A stretch of DNA of 64,000 nucleotides from an uncultured Acidobacteriota bacterium (GTDB lineage Bacteria > Acidobacteriota > UBA6911). Below are positions 62,054 to 64,000 of this stretch, in pieces. The DNA lies in contig CAWHCF010000023.1 in NCBI GenBank assembly GCA_963827655.1, positions 192,001-256,000 on the forward strand, read 5' to 3'. A model generated the notes under the pieces. The model was not told the origin of the DNA and made no database searches. It worked only from the letters and a program-made list of their open reading frames with translations. How positions within the stretch are numbered: the stretch's first letter is position 1; every line of letters begins with the position of its first letter. The position numbers were made by a program, and so were the translations under genes.

Positions 62054-62132
62054 CCAATCCCGCTGCTTTTGCCGGGATATCAAGGGCGCAGCCCTTCCCC
62101 GGTTAGTGTCTTCGCGGTTGATTCTGTTAACC

Positions 62133-62161
62133 TTGCCCGTGTCAGGGGCTTGGTATAAAAT
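62133..62161 (+). promoter_or_regulatory. Putative sigma70 promoter
   Basis: TTGCCC-N17-TAAAAT upstream of 62276. Confidence 0.4.
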
Positions 62162-62275
62162 TCGCCATGTTTTCTTGCCGAACGGGTTGTATGCAGCGGG
62201 CCGATCCAATCGGCGCAATCTCTGCGCCATCATGAATAGATGCCGTCGATCCGGAATCTTCCAGGAGAGGTATAG

Positions 62276-63694
62276 ATGACCTATAACAGAGCACTGCTGA
62301 CCACTCTCGCATTGGTCGCTGTCTTGAGCTTCCAGATCGTTACAATTAACGGTTCCGCACAGACAACCAAAAGGACGGCCCCGGTCACCTTCAGCAAAGA
62401 CATCGCTCCGATCTTGCAGAAGCAATGCGCCTCGTGTCACCGTCCTGGCGGCATGGCCCCGATGTCCCTTCTGTCTTACAAGGATACTCGGCCGTGGGCC
62501 AAGTCAATCCGCGAGAATGTGGTAAAACGAGAGATGCCCCCGTGGCACGCCGATCCACGCTATGGCGAGTTTGCCAACGACCGCCGGCTGTCTCAGGGTG
62601 AAGTCGATACGATTGCAGCCTGGGTGGATGGCGGCGCTTTGAAGGGAGATGACAAGGACCTCCCGCCGCCGCTCACATTCAACGAAAACTGGAGAATCGG
62701 CAGCCCGGACCTGGTCCTGAGCATGACCGAGGAATTCACCCTGGCGGCAGACGGGCCGGATGAATATCAGTATTTCGTTGTTCCAACCAATTTCACAGAA
62801 GACCGATGGGTGCGGGCTGCCGAAGCGCGCCCCGGCAATAACAAGATCGTGCACCACATGATCGCATTCATCCAGCCCGCGCGCCCTAAGACTCAGGAAG
62901 GTAATGCCGGCTCGATTCGGCGGGATTCCGCGCGCATGAAAGAGAGTATCTTCTACAAGGACGGAACGCTGATTCGGGTGAAGCCATCCGCGCCTGTGTT
63001 CGACAATGGTTGCGCCACGCCGGAAGGGGGACAGGGAGTCTTCACCGATGGCACCGGTCGAGACACGATGCTGTCACTCCTCTGTGGCCAGGCGCCAGGG
63101 CGAGATGCTGACATCTGGCCTGCGGGAACGGCAAAGAAGATTCCTGCCGGGGCGAATCTCTTGATCCAGATGCACTACGCCAAGAACGGCAGCGTGGAAA
63201 AGGACCGCTCCACCGTAGGATTGATCTTCGCCAAAGAGGCCCCGGAGCGCGAACTGGTGACTATTCCCATTCAAAACCACTTCTTTTCGGTGCCGCCGGG
63301 AGCCGAGAACCACGAGGTCACGTCCTGCTTCACCTTCGGCGAAGGTATACGGATCGTATCCTTGATGCCTCACATGCATCTCCGAGGGAAGGACATGCAA
63401 ATCAAGGCTGCCTATCCGGACGGCAAATCAGAAATTCTGCTCTCGGTGCCGAACTACAGTTTCAACTGGCAGGCGACCTATTATCTCAAGAAGCCTCTCG
63501 CGGTGCCCAAAGGAACCCGCATCGAAGTCACCGCCCATTTCGACAATTCGACGAAGAATAAGTACAACCCAGACCCGACCAAAGTGGTGCGCTGGGGAGA
63601 TCCGACGTACGACGAGATGATGATAGGCTGGATGGACTACATATCGGATAGTCCGGGACAGGTCAAACCCGCTACTTCCGCAAGCAACCGGTAG
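62276..63694 (+). CDS. Secreted cytochrome c + copper type II monooxygenase-like protein
   Basis: CASCH, MPPW, VHHM, QMHY, PHMHLRG, DEMM. Confidence 0.8.
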   Translation: MTYNRALLTTLALVAVLSFQIVTINGSAQTTKRTAPVTFSKDIAPILQKQCASCHRPGGMAPMSLLSYKDTRPWAKSIRENVVKREMPPWHADPRYGEFANDRRLSQGEVDTIAAWVDGGALKGDDKDLPPPLTFNENWRIGSPDLVLSMTEEFTLAADGPDEYQYFVVPTNFTEDRWVRAAEARPGNNKIVHHMIAFIQPARPKTQEGNAGSIRRDSARMKESIFYKDGTLIRVKPSAPVFDNGCATPEGGQGVFTDGTGRDTMLSLLCGQAPGRDADIWPAGTAKKIPAGANLLIQMHYAKNGSVEKDRSTVGLIFAKEAPERELVTIPIQNHFFSVPPGAENHEVTSCFTFGEGIRIVSLMPHMHLRGKDMQIKAAYPDGKSEILLSVPNYSFNWQATYYLKKPLAVPKGTRIEVTAHFDNSTKNKYNPDPTKVVRWGDPTYDEMMIGWMDYISDSPGQVKPATSASNR

Positions 63695-63844
63695 ATCGAT
63701 CATGTTTGCCTCTTCGCGTCCTGGCGGTGGCTTGTTCATAACTACCCACCGCTAAGACGCGAAGGCCTTGTCCCTCATGCCCCATCAAAAGCCAACATAA
63801 AGTCGTCCTTAGGTCTGGACGTACATTAGCCCGGAGGGCCCACC

Positions 63845-64000
63845 ATGCAAATTTCCATCGCTTGTCTCACACATTGCTGTTCGCTCCTGTGCGGCGTCGC
63901 GCTCGTCTGTGTTGGGCTGTCGAATGCATTCGTTTCGGGCCAGGAGCAGAAGATAAATGTCATTGCCTTCGGCGCTCATCCGGATGATTGCGATCAAAGA
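63845..64000 (+). CDS. PIG-L family deacetylase, truncated by the window end
   Basis: Manual translation: signal-like N-terminus then VIAFGAHPDDCD; GGAGG RBS. Confidence 0.7.
   Translation, partial: MQISIACLTHCCSLLCGVALVCVGLSNAFVSGQEQKINVIAFGAHPDDCDQR

Overview
GC-rich bacterial chromosomal segment, most consistent with Acidobacteriota: an Oar-type TonB-dependent receptor, two ADOP-type duplicated permeases and DUF1080 proteins. Several genes carry single-base frameshifts that look like long-read errors. The left two-thirds (1-46 kb) is accessory: peptidase/hydrolases, sugar oxidoreductase plus DUF1080, pcaHGB plus transporter, DNA polymerase II, a flap exonuclease and a two-gene SIR2-like/TIR + STAND NTPase-TM-pYEATS conflict module. 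The right third is core (gatB, rnr, selA, csp, purH, gpsA, coaX, rlmD, comEC). The most striking signal is non-coding. Two ORF-less group II introns (7613-8381, 9459-10226, minus strand) are each inserted at the equivalent position in the foot of a different REP-like hairpin, and their putative EBS1 guide differs to match each target. Also present are an IS1182 remnant inserted in a REP-like palindrome, a MITE family with empty and filled alleles (one carries a heptamer-repeat hairpin insertion with a 5-bp duplication), and a shared sigma54 promoter plus enhancer architecture upstream of both ADOP genes. All calls are by eye; no database searches were run.
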